NCBI GenBank assembly: GCA_019057795.1
Contig: JAHLWS010000075.1
Span: 32,001-96,000 of the forward strand
DNA: 64,000 bases
Direction of reading: 5' to 3'
Source of the DNA: Promethearchaeota archaeon
Lineage (GTDB): Archaea; Asgardarchaeota; Lokiarchaeia; Sigyniarchaeales; SOKP01
The notes under the pieces are model-generated. The model was not told the DNA's origin. It worked only from the letters and a program-made list of their open reading frames with translations, and searched no databases. The translations under genes were made by a program, and so were the position numbers. Shown one piece after another: positions 30,128-40,303 of this stretch (within the stretch, counting starts at the first letter, position 1; every line of letters begins with the position of its first letter).

Positions 30128-31948
30128 TCATTCAATTTTAAGAGACCCATGATTTGGCTCCCAGTCTAGACTTTGATGCTCAAAAAATTGTTTATACAGC
30201 TTAGCATATTTTCCTCCTTGTGTGAGTAAAGAATTATGAGTACCCTCTTCAACGATTTGCCCGTTATCCATCACAATTATTCGATCAGCACTCACGATAG
30301 TTGAGAGCCTATGAGCAATTATTATAGAGGTTCGATTAGATAAAAGCACCTCTAGAGCCTCTTGAATAATTGCTTCAGTATACGCATCAACGCTCGATGT
30401 GGCTTCATCAAGAATAAGAATCCGCGGGTCAGTCAATATTGCTCGAGCAAAACTAACTAGTTGCTGTTGACCTGCCGATAGTCCTTTTCCCCTTTCACCG
30501 ATCTGTGTTTGCAACCCTTCCGGTAGGTATTCGATTAGTTCTTCGAGGTGCACAGTATTAATTGCGTTCCAGAGATCTTCTTCTGACGCTTCTTGTCTGC
30601 CATATCGAATATTTTCTTCTATAGTACCAGAAAACAAAAAAACTTCTTGCTGTACATTGCCTAGAACACTTCTATAAGAGTTTAAAGACATGTCCCTAAT
30701 GTCAATTCCATCAATTTCAATTGATCCCCCTTGAAACTCATAATATCGAGCTAAAAGTGATACCAATGAAGTTTTCCCAGCCCCTGTGTGGCCCACAATA
30801 GCGATTTTTTCTCCTTTTTTTATGTGCAAATTTAAACCTTTGAATACCCATTCACCTTCTCTATAACAGAAGTCGATATCTTTGAAAATAATTTCTCCTT
30901 CTAAAGTATCGATATCAATTGCGTTTGGATTTTGTCTTATTTTTGGCTCAGAATCAAGGATGTCTAGTATTCGCTCATATGCAGCCATTCCTGAGCTAAG
31001 TTGAGGGAAAAATACGGAGAGGACCATTATGGGGCGGAAAAATTTCTGAAGATAAAGAATAAACATAAAAATTGTTCCGGGTTTAGTTATTCCTTGAAAG
31101 ACAAATTGACCTCCAAAAAAAATGATGACAATGAGCGAAATAGAAGCAATTGTTTCCAGCAGAGGCCTCCACATATGAGTTACGGATGTTATTCTAAACC
31201 CTGCTTTAAAATATTTCTTGTTAGTTTCTTGAAATTGCCTCGAAACCGTAGATTCCTGTCCATAGCTTTTACATACATGTATACCCTCTATTGATTCAAC
31301 CATAGCAGCATTTACATTGCCTATTGCTTTTCTGTAAGCTCTACTAACAATTTTAACTAACCGCCTAAGCGACAGAACGAATAAAAAGATGAAAGGAATG
31401 GCTATCAATGTTATGAGAGCTAATGTCAGATTTAGCCATAGAAGCATTCCAAAGGTCAATACACTTATAAGAAAGTTACCGAAAGTATCCGCTAATAGGA
31501 GCGTAGTATTCCCAAAATCTAAAGCATCGTTAGAAACTCTGGTATTTAGTTTACCGCTCAGATGCTTATCGAAAAAGCTCATATCTTGCTCTTGTAATTT
31601 ATCAAAAATATCCATTCGGAGCTTTTCCAAAAAAAAAGGAACAAACTTTCCTATTTCTTTTCGCCGTAAGAAAAACATTATCCAAATTAGAATAGAAAGA
31701 ATAAAGTATAACCCCCCTACTCCCAATACAATCAGAGGATTACTGTTAATACTAGAAAGTTCGTCAATTGCAATTCCAATTAAAAGAGGATTTATAGTTT
31801 CAGCTATCGTAGTAATAAAGATAAACAATGAGATTAGAACTAGACTTTTCCTAAACGGTGCAACTCTCCTAATATACCTGACCAGCAGTTCACGATCGGA
31901 ATATTCTCGTTTCTGTTCCTCGTTCATCATTCCTGTATAGAGCCCCAT
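30128..31948 (-). CDS. ABC exporter, TMD-NBD half (heterodimer partner)
   Basis: GHTGAGKT, LSAGQQQ, ILDEATSSVD and AHRLST motifs. Confidence 0.95.
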   Translation of the reverse strand: MGLYTGMMNEEQKREYSDRELLVRYIRRVAPFRKSLVLISLFIFITTIAETINPLLIGIAIDELSSINSNPLIVLGVGGLYFILSILIWIMFFLRRKEIGKFVPFFLEKLRMDIFDKLQEQDMSFFDKHLSGKLNTRVSNDALDFGNTTLLLADTFGNFLISVLTFGMLLWLNLTLALITLIAIPFIFLFVLSLRRLVKIVSRAYRKAIGNVNAAMVESIEGIHVCKSYGQESTVSRQFQETNKKYFKAGFRITSVTHMWRPLLETIASISLIVIIFFGGQFVFQGITKPGTIFMFILYLQKFFRPIMVLSVFFPQLSSGMAAYERILDILDSEPKIRQNPNAIDIDTLEGEIIFKDIDFCYREGEWVFKGLNLHIKKGEKIAIVGHTGAGKTSLVSLLARYYEFQGGSIEIDGIDIRDMSLNSYRSVLGNVQQEVFLFSGTIEENIRYGRQEASEEDLWNAINTVHLEELIEYLPEGLQTQIGERGKGLSAGQQQLVSFARAILTDPRILILDEATSSVDAYTEAIIQEALEVLLSNRTSIIIAHRLSTIVSADRIIVMDNGQIVEEGTHNSLLTQGGKYAKLYKQFFEHQSLDWEPNHGSLKIE

Positions 31949-31960
31949 AATGATACCTCA

Positions 31961-33739
31961 TTAAAAGTTATTTGTTTTAAAATCTGATAAAGATACTCGT
32001 TTCCCAAAAATTCGCCTATAATCTTCAGATGATTGAAATAATTCGGAGTGATTTCCTTCCGCTACAATTCCTCCGTGCTTGAGAACTAAAATTTTATCAG
32101 ATGTCCGTATGGTATGAAGGCGATGAGTTATTATTAGAGTAGTTCTGTTCTTAATTATATTTTCCATCGCTCGTCCAATCTTCTCCTCCGTTTCACTATC
32201 AATTGCAGAAACAGAATCGTCAAGTATTAGCATGGCAGGATTAGTTAAAAAAGCTCGAGCAATAGCCACCCGCTGTTTCTCTCCTCCTGAAAGCCGTGTA
32301 CCTCTCTCACCTACAACAGTATTGTATCCATCCGAGAAATTTTGCACGAAATCATCAACTTGAGCAAGTTTTGCTATGTTAATTATTTCGTCGTGTCTAG
32401 CATTTTGGTTTCCAAAAGCGATATTTTCAAGTATAGTTTGCGAGAACAAGTAGATGTCTTGCTCTATATAGCCAATTTTTCTTCTTAGTTCTTCAAGGGG
32501 ATAATCCTGAATGTTTTTCCCATCCAACAAAATAGTACCTTGTTGGGGTTCATAAAGGAGGAGCAGTAATTTTGCGATCGTTGTTTTGCCACACCCTGTG
32601 GGACCAACAAGAGCGACTTTTTGCTTCGGTTCGATAGTGAAATTGAGATTTTTCAGAACAGGAGGTCGATTTTTTTCTCCATTTTCATATGCAAAAGTTA
32701 CATCTCTAAATTCTATTTTTCCTTTGAACTCCTTCGGCCACGATTGGTTCTTAATTCGTTGATCCTCGTTATCCTCGTTGGATAAAGATGTGAACAAGCG
32801 TGAACAAGCCGCAAACCCGCTCATCATATCATTAGTAGCCCACCAAATAAGGCTAGTTGGATCTACAAGAGTTATCAAAAGTAGATTCGTAGCGGCTAAT
32901 TCTCCAATGGTTAATGAATTCTGGAATACAAATACAATGCTAAAGATAAGTGAAATTCCGATGGTTATATATAGAACTAACATAGGAAAATACTTTGCTT
33001 GTACTACATATTCTCCGATGGAGTTATCTCTAAAAGCGTTTACTGCTTTCTTAAACTTTTTACGTTCTAAACCTTCCGCAGCAAAAGATCTGACTACAGA
33101 AGCACCTGTTATACTATCCTGTAATACAACTGCTAAATTTGAATGTTTTCTTAACCTTTTAGCAGCAAATGGCGCAATTTTTCTGCGATAAGACAAAATA
33201 AAGTAAATATAAAAAAAAACAAAAGGAATACATGCTAAAGCTAATCTTATATCAAGCGTAGTAATAAGGAAGAGCAAAGTTATTGCAACTTGAAAGAATG
33301 GATAGAAAAAAAAGCTTCCGTGGGAAATCATCGTATTGATTATACGCACATCATTGGTTGCTAGGGCTTGCAAATCCCCAGCTTTAGCATTATCATGATA
33401 TCTTAAAGGTTTATACTGGATAGTCTCAAAAAACTCTTGCCTCATATTTTGCTCGGTTTTCAAACCAATATAGTGACCGGTCATCATCGTTACATAATCC
33501 ATAGCATTGCGGATTAGATAAATTGCTAACCCCATAATAAGGAGCGTTATGAATTTATCGTAATCAAGAGCAATTAGCGCATCGTCTATTATCTCGCCAA
33601 TAATTATAGGTATGAGGGTTCTTGTAAAAGTAACAATTATAATACCTATTATAACAAACAATATCAAGAATTTATTTTTGTAAAGATGGTGAAAGAGCCA
33701 AGTTTTATAACTTTTGTACTTCTTTCTCCCTAATTTCAT
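31961..33739 (-). CDS. ABC exporter, TMD-NBD half with degenerate Walker B
   Basis: GPTGCGKT, LSGGEKQR and ILDDSVSAID motifs. Confidence 0.95.
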   Translation of the reverse strand: MKLGRKKYKSYKTWLFHHLYKNKFLILFVIIGIIIVTFTRTLIPIIIGEIIDDALIALDYDKFITLLIMGLAIYLIRNAMDYVTMMTGHYIGLKTEQNMRQEFFETIQYKPLRYHDNAKAGDLQALATNDVRIINTMISHGSFFFYPFFQVAITLLFLITTLDIRLALACIPFVFFYIYFILSYRRKIAPFAAKRLRKHSNLAVVLQDSITGASVVRSFAAEGLERKKFKKAVNAFRDNSIGEYVVQAKYFPMLVLYITIGISLIFSIVFVFQNSLTIGELAATNLLLITLVDPTSLIWWATNDMMSGFAACSRLFTSLSNEDNEDQRIKNQSWPKEFKGKIEFRDVTFAYENGEKNRPPVLKNLNFTIEPKQKVALVGPTGCGKTTIAKLLLLLYEPQQGTILLDGKNIQDYPLEELRRKIGYIEQDIYLFSQTILENIAFGNQNARHDEIINIAKLAQVDDFVQNFSDGYNTVVGERGTRLSGGEKQRVAIARAFLTNPAMLILDDSVSAIDSETEEKIGRAMENIIKNRTTLIITHRLHTIRTSDKILVLKHGGIVAEGNHSELFQSSEDYRRIFGKRVSLSDFKTNNF

Positions 33740-33946
33740 GAAAGTTAACCTCTACCAGCTTTATACTTGACAAATAAACTTACATTAAATGAAATAACTT
33801 CTCAGTCTAATAGTAAAATGAGTAATAACTTAAAAAGCCCAATAAACGCTTTGTTTAACCCTCTTAAAAGGTTTTATTAAAACTACACAAAAATTGTTGA
33901 TTTTTTTTCCTATGGAGAATAAGAATGTCTTCTAAAGAATTAAAAA

Positions 33947-34078
33947 TTCATTGAACATGTAATTAGTGAGAATTTAGACCAAGCAGTAAGTTCATGTGCG
34001 TTTGATGTTGACAACGACTCGGACATCGATATTTTTACGGGCACGGGTGATGAAATAGCTTTCTGGGAGAATGATTAA
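33947..34078 (+). pseudogene. FG-GAP/VCBS repeat remnant
   Basis: Frame reads FIEHVISENLDQAVSSCAFDVDNDSDIDIFTGTGDEIAFWEND*. The nearest ATG (33925) is out of frame. Confidence 0.6.
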
Positions 34079-34125
34079 ATCCTTGTTTTTAACATTAATA
34101 GGGTTACTTTGTAAAAAATCGTAAC

Positions 34126-34159
34126 AAAATTCGGTGATTCATTGATTAGTACCACCGAA
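34126..34159 (-). terminator. Hairpin plus T-run downstream of vapC
   Basis: Minus strand reads TTCGGTGGT...ATCACCGAA followed by TTTT. Confidence 0.45.
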
Positions 34160-34253
34160 AAAGAACGAAAGTTTATCCAAAGTGCAAGAAATTATTTTAA
34201 GTCTATTAAATTCTTCAAAATGAAGAGTGTGATAAAGATATTCCAACAAGTTT

Positions 34254-34685
34254 TTATCCGATATACTTCAATCCAACTATATCAAATATCCTTGAAAAAT
34301 CTTGTATGTCTTGAGTATAGACTTCTGTAATTCCATGAGCTAACGCAATTCCAGCAATTTGACAATCCTTTTCTTTAATAGTTATTCCCTTTCCTTGTGA
34401 TTGCGCATAAATATCTGCTGCTTTTTCAGCAGATTCTCTTGTAAAGTTAAGAATTCCACACTTTAAAAGGAATTTATCATAAGCTGCTAATAACTCTGGA
34501 ACCTTGGAGGGTCTACCCCCTTTTAGGTATAGATTAGCAACGATTCCTGTATAGATCTCATAAATAGATATTGTAGATGTAAAAATAGGAATTTTGTTTT
34601 TTATATATTCTCGTATTTTTTCAACAATTAATGTATCTTCTTTTAAGAAACCAATAATGATGTTAATGTCTATTAAAACGGCCAT
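34254..34685 (-). CDS. vapC: VapC PIN-domain toxin
   Basis: LIDINIII, SIYEIY and DCQIAGIA motifs; downstream of the antitoxin. Confidence 0.88.
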   Translation of the reverse strand: MAVLIDINIIIGFLKEDTLIVEKIREYIKNKIPIFTSTISIYEIYTGIVANLYLKGGRPSKVPELLAAYDKFLLKCGILNFTRESAEKAADIYAQSQGKGITIKEKDCQIAGIALAHGITEVYTQDIQDFSRIFDIVGLKYIG

Positions 34686-34686
34686 T

Positions 34687-34920
34687 TTATATCAATTTAA
34701 TATCAATTTCTTCTTCATGTATTTTTTTTACGATTTTTTCAACTAAATCCAAAGCAGGCTCTACATCACTGATTTTTTTCCAAGCCCCAGCTAAATCTAG
34801 AATATCAGCGTTAGATTCTAGTAATCTTTTTATCGCCTCTGAGAAACTTTCATTCTTTAATCGATACTTGTCGAGTTGATTATAGATTTCTTCCTTTATT
34901 GAAATTGATCGTGATGGCAT
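34687..34920 (-). CDS. vapB: VapB-type antitoxin (DUF217-like)
   Basis: SISIKEEIYNQL...ESFSEAIKRL...LAGAW. Confidence 0.85.
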   Translation of the reverse strand: MPSRSISIKEEIYNQLDKYRLKNESFSEAIKRLLESNADILDLAGAWKKISDVEPALDLVEKIVKKIHEEEIDIKLI

Positions 34921-35162
34921 TTTTACTCACTGATATATATATACATGTGATCATATAAAAATTACTATTTTTTATATTTCAAATATATTCAATTCGGCTT
35001 TTTCGCTATGATAAAAAAGTCTTAGAACAACTATACGATTTTCATGTGATAATCTTCAAAAAAGTAAGACTTCCTCAGAACAAAATTAATAATCTAGCTC
35101 AGCAAACATTTTGGGACAAATAAATATAAATTAAAATAAAAAAATAAAATAAAAATTAAGGT

Positions 35163-37175
35163 TTAACCTACTTCGACATCCATTTTCTTGCGCTCTTCAA
35201 GCAATACATCGACTATTGAAGGATCGGCTAAGGTCGTAACATTACCGATTTCTGTACCTGAAGCTATGGCCTTCAAAATCCTGCGCATAATCTTACCGCT
35301 TCTCGTCTTTGGCAAGGCATCAGCAAATTGAATTACGTCCGGCTGAAATACTGGACCTATCTCTTGTCTAACATGCATACGAATTTCTTTCGATAACTTC
35401 GCTGATTTTTCAATGCCGCCCATTAATGTCACGAACGCCCAAATAGCTTGTCCCTTTATTTTATGCGGAAAGGGTGCTATGGCAGCTTCCGCTACCTTTG
35501 GATGGCTCACTATAGCAGATTCTACTTCCATTGTTCCTATGCGGTGTCCAGATACCTTAATAACATCGTCTAATCGTCCAAGGATCCAATAATAGCCATC
35601 GTCATCTGTTCGTGCTCCATCACCAGTGTAATAATGCCCTGGATATTTTTCGAGATAAGTTGATTTAAATCTCTCAGTATCTCCCCAAACATCACGTAAC
35701 ATACCCAGCCAGGGTGTTTGAATTGCAAAGTAACCACCTTCGTTTGGCTCGGTGATTTCATCACCTTCTAAGTCAAAAATAACTGGTTTGATGCCGAAAA
35801 AAGGCATACAACAGGATCCTGGCTTTGTAGGTGTTGCTGTAGCAATTGGTGTCATGATAAAGCCGCCCGTTTCTGATAGCCAATGTACTCGAAATGATTA
35901 CATTTTTTGCCAGTATGTATCTACTATCGGGCAGCGCTCTTTACCAACAACTCTATGATACCATGTCCATGCTTCGGGATTTATTGGTTCTCCAACAGTA
36001 CCTAGGACTTTTAATGAGCTTAGGTCGTGCCTATTTACTGGTTCATCACCGTGTCTCATTAAAGCACGTATTGCAGTAGGTGCTGTATAAAATTGGTTGA
36101 CTTTATGGCGTTCTACAATGTCCCAAAAACGATCTACATCAGGATATGTTGGAACGCTTTCAAACATTAAAGTAGTTGCTCCATTTGCCAACGGACCATA
36201 TATGATATAACTATGACCAGTTATCCAACCTATGTCTGCAGTACAATACCAAACCTCGCCTTCCTTGTAGTTGAATACGACTCTATGAGTGAAGGATGTG
36301 TATAAGATATATCCGGCTGTTGTGTGTTTAACGCCTTTAGGCTTTCCTGTGGTGCCGCTTGTATAGAGTAAAAATAGTGTATCTTCGGAGTCCATTTCTT
36401 CGGGTTCGCACTCGTCGCTCATTCCATCGATAAAATCATCATACCAGATGTCTTTATCTGTGTGAGGGACTTCGTTTCCTGAACGCTTAACGACAATAAC
36501 ATGTTCAATTGTAGGCACATCATCAATAATCTTAACGACATCAGCCATTTTTGGGTAAGTCTTACCAGCTCGTAAAGTTTCGTCACTTGTAAACAATAGT
36601 CGCGAATCAGAATCTTTCACTCTATCTTTCACAGCTTCTTTCGAAAATCCACCGAATACTATGGAATGAATCACGCCGATTCGGGCACAGGCTAGCATTA
36701 TTATCGCTAATTCGGGAATCATTGGTAACCAAATGGTTACTCTATCGCCCTTTTTCAGTCCGAAATCTCTCATACCGTTAGCTACTTTACTTACTTCTTT
36801 TAAAAGCTCGGTATATGTGAATTTTCTCACTTGTCCGGGTTCATCCGCTTCCCATATAATAGCGACGCGATCTCCATTGCCTGCTTTCACATGTCTGTCA
36901 AGGCAATTGTAGGCTACGTTAAGTTTTCCGCCAACAAACCATTTACCAGGGAACAGATCGGTTTTTTCCCATACTTTATCGTATGGTTTAATCCAATCGA
37001 TTGATTTAGCTTGTTCGTCCCAGAACCCTTCCATATCTTCGATGGATCGTTTATATAACTTCTGATATTCATCCATTGACATTCCAGTTTTCGCATAGTC
37101 GGGACTGACATCTACAGGGTTAAATATCCGATTTTCAGTGAGTACACTTTTCATTTTTGTGTCTTTTTCTGACAT
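35163..37175 (-). CDS. acs: Acetyl-CoA synthetase (AMP-forming), interrupted by a 30-nt in-frame insert containing TAA; 660 aa if the insert is removed
   Basis: YTSGTTGKPKG, TADIGWITGHSY, DTYWQ|TETGG and PKTRSGKIMRR motifs. ORFs 35898-37175 and 35163-35855 are in the same frame. Confidence 0.92.
35876..35905 (-). other. Candidate BHB-type intron in acs mRNA
   Basis: Minus-strand sequence AAATGTAATCATTTCGAGTACATTGGCTAT forms a hairpin; removing it gives TGG CAA ACA GAA ACG GGC GGC. Confidence 0.65.
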
Positions 37176-37445
37176 AATATTTCACTAATTTGAATCTCTA
37201 ATTTAATTGTGTAGTTAGATTTTCTTGATTTTTTCAATTCTTTAAAAATTTAAAAGGTTTTTTTTCAATCTTATCACATTTAAACTTTTTGGATTAAATG
37301 GACAGTATTGATTCAAGAAGATAATATATGATATTATTTTTAAAGATTTTATTTATAAATAATATAAAAAGGGTACTATGGGTATACGATTCAATAAACA
37401 CAATGTTCAAAAAAATTATAAAAATAAAAAATATTAGAAATAGAA

Positions 37446-37673
37446 CTAACTTCTATCATAAGCATATTCTGAAAAACCCAAAATCTTATCGCACGATGGA
37501 CAAACCCACATTCTTACATTATTGCTACTAAGTCCAACATATATTTTTTCTCCTTTAAAGTCTCCGATTCTTTTTTTAATTTTTCCTTTTTTAGTCTCTT
37601 TCTCAGTAACTTCGAAAAAATCTTCTAAATGAATTTCTACATCACAATACGGACATTTTGACATATTGATCAA
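37446..37673 (-). CDS. Small zinc-ribbon protein
   Basis: CPYC...CPSCDKILG. Confidence 0.75.
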   Translation of the reverse strand: MINMSKCPYCDVEIHLEDFFEVTEKETKKGKIKKRIGDFKGEKIYVGLSSNNVRMWVCPSCDKILGFSEYAYDRS

Positions 37674-37826
37674 GAAGAAATTTGAATATAAATAGATTAC
37701 TTAACTATAATTTTAGGGGGAAGAAAGTTATAAGAATTAATATTCTAAAAGATTCGTATTCAATAGAAAAGAATTTTAAATAATCGTATAATCTTTTTAT
37801 TTAATTATATTAAGGAGTAAAAAATA

Positions 37827-38132
37827 ATGCCAAATTGCGAAATTTGCGATCAAGAGCTCGTTGAGGGGGATTTTGAGGAAAAGATAGGAATTTGTGTTAA
37901 CTGTATCATGATTGAGAGTAGAGAGATGAGTTCGAAAACATTACTTATTGTATTCATGTTCTTTTTAGGAGGATTAATGTTTATTGTGACATTTTTACAG
38001 ATAATTTTTAATGTAACTTTCTTATTCGTAGACTTTGAGCAATATATTTTTTATTTAATTCCTCCATTGATTGTGTGTGTCGTTTCTGGTAGTGTAGTAA
38101 TTTATATTTCATTTTTTTTAAAATTCAAGTAA
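37827..38132 (+). CDS. Small membrane protein with N-terminal CxxC...CxxC
   Basis: CEIC and CVNC motifs, two TMs, AAGGAG SD. Confidence 0.75.
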   Translation: MPNCEICDQELVEGDFEEKIGICVNCIMIESREMSSKTLLIVFMFFLGGLMFIVTFLQIIFNVTFLFVDFEQYIFYLIPPLIVCVVSGSVVIYISFFLKFK

Positions 38133-38346
38133 TTCCCAGAGAAGAAAATACCAGAATAAGTATTAGGACGATTAATGTATCTTTCTGGTTTCAAATAGAA
38201 TGAATTGCACAAAAACTATATTTATATGAATGGTTTTATTAGTAGTTTCAAATATTATTATTTTTTAAAGTAAAAATATTAAAGATATTCGACCTAACTA
38301 TTTTTTAAAAATAAATGAAAAATTAAAATAAAATAAGAATCTTATA

Positions 38347-40254
38347 ATGGGCCAAATTGAATCGTTAGACGGGGAATGGCGGGAAAAATGGAAAGATAAA
38401 GAAATTACCGCAAAAGGAGCCATAAAGAAGATTGTTCTTGGGAATCGTGTATTCATAGGTTCTGCGTGTTCGGAGCCTCAAGCGCTTACTGCTGAATTAA
38501 TTAAATCTTCTGAAAGCTTGATTGATACGGAGATCATACATTTTCTTACGATTGGTCCTGAAAAATACTTTAAAGATAAAGCGGAAGATCTTTTTAGACA
38601 TAACGCTTTTTTCATAGGTAAAACCCTACGAGAGGAGATAAATAAAGGGCAAGCTGACTATACACCAATATTAGCGAGCGAAATTCCTTCTTTATTTCTT
38701 TCAGGGCGTAAAAATTGCGATGTTGCTCTTATTCAAGTCACACCACCAGATCGTTATGGTTTTTGTTCGTTTGGGATTAACATTGATGTAGCTAAACCCA
38801 TAGCCCAAGCTGCTTATTTAACAATAGCTGAAATTAACCCTCAAATGCCCCGGACCTTGGGTAATAGCTTCATTCACATGAAAGACATCGACTATTTCGT
38901 TTACAACGATGTGCCACTGTTAGAGTTCCAATTTAAAGAAAAAATTGATGTTTCGAGAAAAATTGGAAAGAATGTGGCAAATTTAATTGAAAATAAATCG
39001 ACAATTCATATTGGTAACGGTTATTTACCGAACGCCTGCTTAAAATATTTAATGAATAAAAAAGATTTAGGCATGCATAGCCACTATATTACTGATAATA
39101 TAATTCCTTTGATAGAAAACACAGTTCTAACTTGTAGAAAGAAGAATTTTCACCCTGAAAAGATTATAACAAGTTTTGCATTAGGTACTAAAAAGTTATA
39201 TGACTTCGTAAATAACAACCCGTATATTGAGTTTTATCCTAGTGACTATGTATGTAATCCAAAATACATTGGAATGAACAAAAAAATGGTTTCTATAAAT
39301 CAAGCGTTGCAAATTGATTTAACAGGGCAAGTTAATACTTCTACTAAAGGGTATAACTTTTATTCTGGAATTGGGGATACGGTAGATTTCATGAGGGGGG
39401 CTGCTTTTTCTAAAGGTGGAAAACCGATTGTTGTACTTTCGTCAACAAGAAAAAATGAGACCGTTTCAAATATTGTACCCCATTTAGATGAAGGTGCTGG
39501 TGTAATTTTATCTCGAGCAGACATTCATTACGTAGTTACCGAATGGGGGATCGCTTATGTGCACGGTAAGACAATTAGAGAGCGAGTAATTGAATTAATT
39601 TGCGTAGCTCACCCTAAATTTAGAGAACAGTTGTTAGAACACGCGAAAAAGTTGAATTACATTTATTCGGATCAAATTCTACCTTGCGACGAGCAAGGAA
39701 ATATATGTATTTATCCTTCTAAGTATGAAACTATATACACCGCAAGAGATAACGAAAAAATCGTAGTTAGACCAGTTAGAACCACTGACGAGCCTTTATT
39801 AAAAGAACTTTATTATTCCTTAAACGAGAGAGATAGGTATTTACGCTTTTTTGAAGTTAGGAAGGAATTCACTCATTCTAAAACACAAAGTGAAGTAAAT
39901 ATCGATTATAACAATGTATTTTCTATAGGAGCGTATGTGGGAGAGATCAGAAACGAAGCGATGGTAGGAAATGCTACTTATTATTTAAATCCCGCCATGA
40001 ATTTAGCAGAATATAGTTTTGTAGTAAGAGAGGATTATAGAGGAAAAGGCATAGGTTCCTTTCTCTATCACCATTTAATTATCATCGCGAAAGAAAAAGG
40101 GATAAAAGGATTTTATGGCAGCATTCACATTCAAAATAAAAGCACAGTCCAAATTATCCGAAAAGGAGGATATACTAAAATTAATCCACCTAAAGTGGGT
40201 GAAAAAGAATTGTTTTACGAAGTGTATTTTGACAAGGAGAATTCGATGGATTAA
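38347..40254 (+). CDS. Acetyl-CoA hydrolase/transferase-like domain fused to a GNAT acetyltransferase
   Basis: AEINPQMPRTLG, DFMRGA..SKGGK and VVTEWGIA motifs; GNAT part DRYLRFF and YRGKGIG. Confidence 0.88.
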   Translation: MGQIESLDGEWREKWKDKEITAKGAIKKIVLGNRVFIGSACSEPQALTAELIKSSESLIDTEIIHFLTIGPEKYFKDKAEDLFRHNAFFIGKTLREEINKGQADYTPILASEIPSLFLSGRKNCDVALIQVTPPDRYGFCSFGINIDVAKPIAQAAYLTIAEINPQMPRTLGNSFIHMKDIDYFVYNDVPLLEFQFKEKIDVSRKIGKNVANLIENKSTIHIGNGYLPNACLKYLMNKKDLGMHSHYITDNIIPLIENTVLTCRKKNFHPEKIITSFALGTKKLYDFVNNNPYIEFYPSDYVCNPKYIGMNKKMVSINQALQIDLTGQVNTSTKGYNFYSGIGDTVDFMRGAAFSKGGKPIVVLSSTRKNETVSNIVPHLDEGAGVILSRADIHYVVTEWGIAYVHGKTIRERVIELICVAHPKFREQLLEHAKKLNYIYSDQILPCDEQGNICIYPSKYETIYTARDNEKIVVRPVRTTDEPLLKELYYSLNERDRYLRFFEVRKEFTHSKTQSEVNIDYNNVFSIGAYVGEIRNEAMVGNATYYLNPAMNLAEYSFVVREDYRGKGIGSFLYHHLIIIAKEKGIKGFYGSIHIQNKSTVQIIRKGGYTKINPPKVGEKELFYEVYFDKENSMD

Positions 40255-40303
40255 ATAAACAAAATTTTTATCTAACTTTCTTAATTATTAAAAATACAAT
40301 CTT

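Noticed and set aside
31001-33191. Antisense ORFs over the ABC genes, and similar 60-180 aa shadow ORFs elsewhere (e.g. 42667-43014, 45308-45604, 61737-62057)
   Set aside because: They lie opposite well-supported genes and have no recognisable motifs.
30128-33739. Degenerate Walker B and signature motifs in the ABC pair as a novelty
   Set aside because: This is the standard asymmetry of heterodimeric ABC exporters.
35163-37175. acs as two separate genes or a frameshifted pseudogene
   Set aside because: Both parts are in the same frame with no other lesions. The only defect is one 30-nt insert splitting the WQTETGG motif.
38135-38188. Imperfect hairpin CCAGAGAAGA...TCTTTCTGG downstream of the small membrane gene
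   Set aside because: It is weak, probably a 3' UTR or terminator structure, with no further support.
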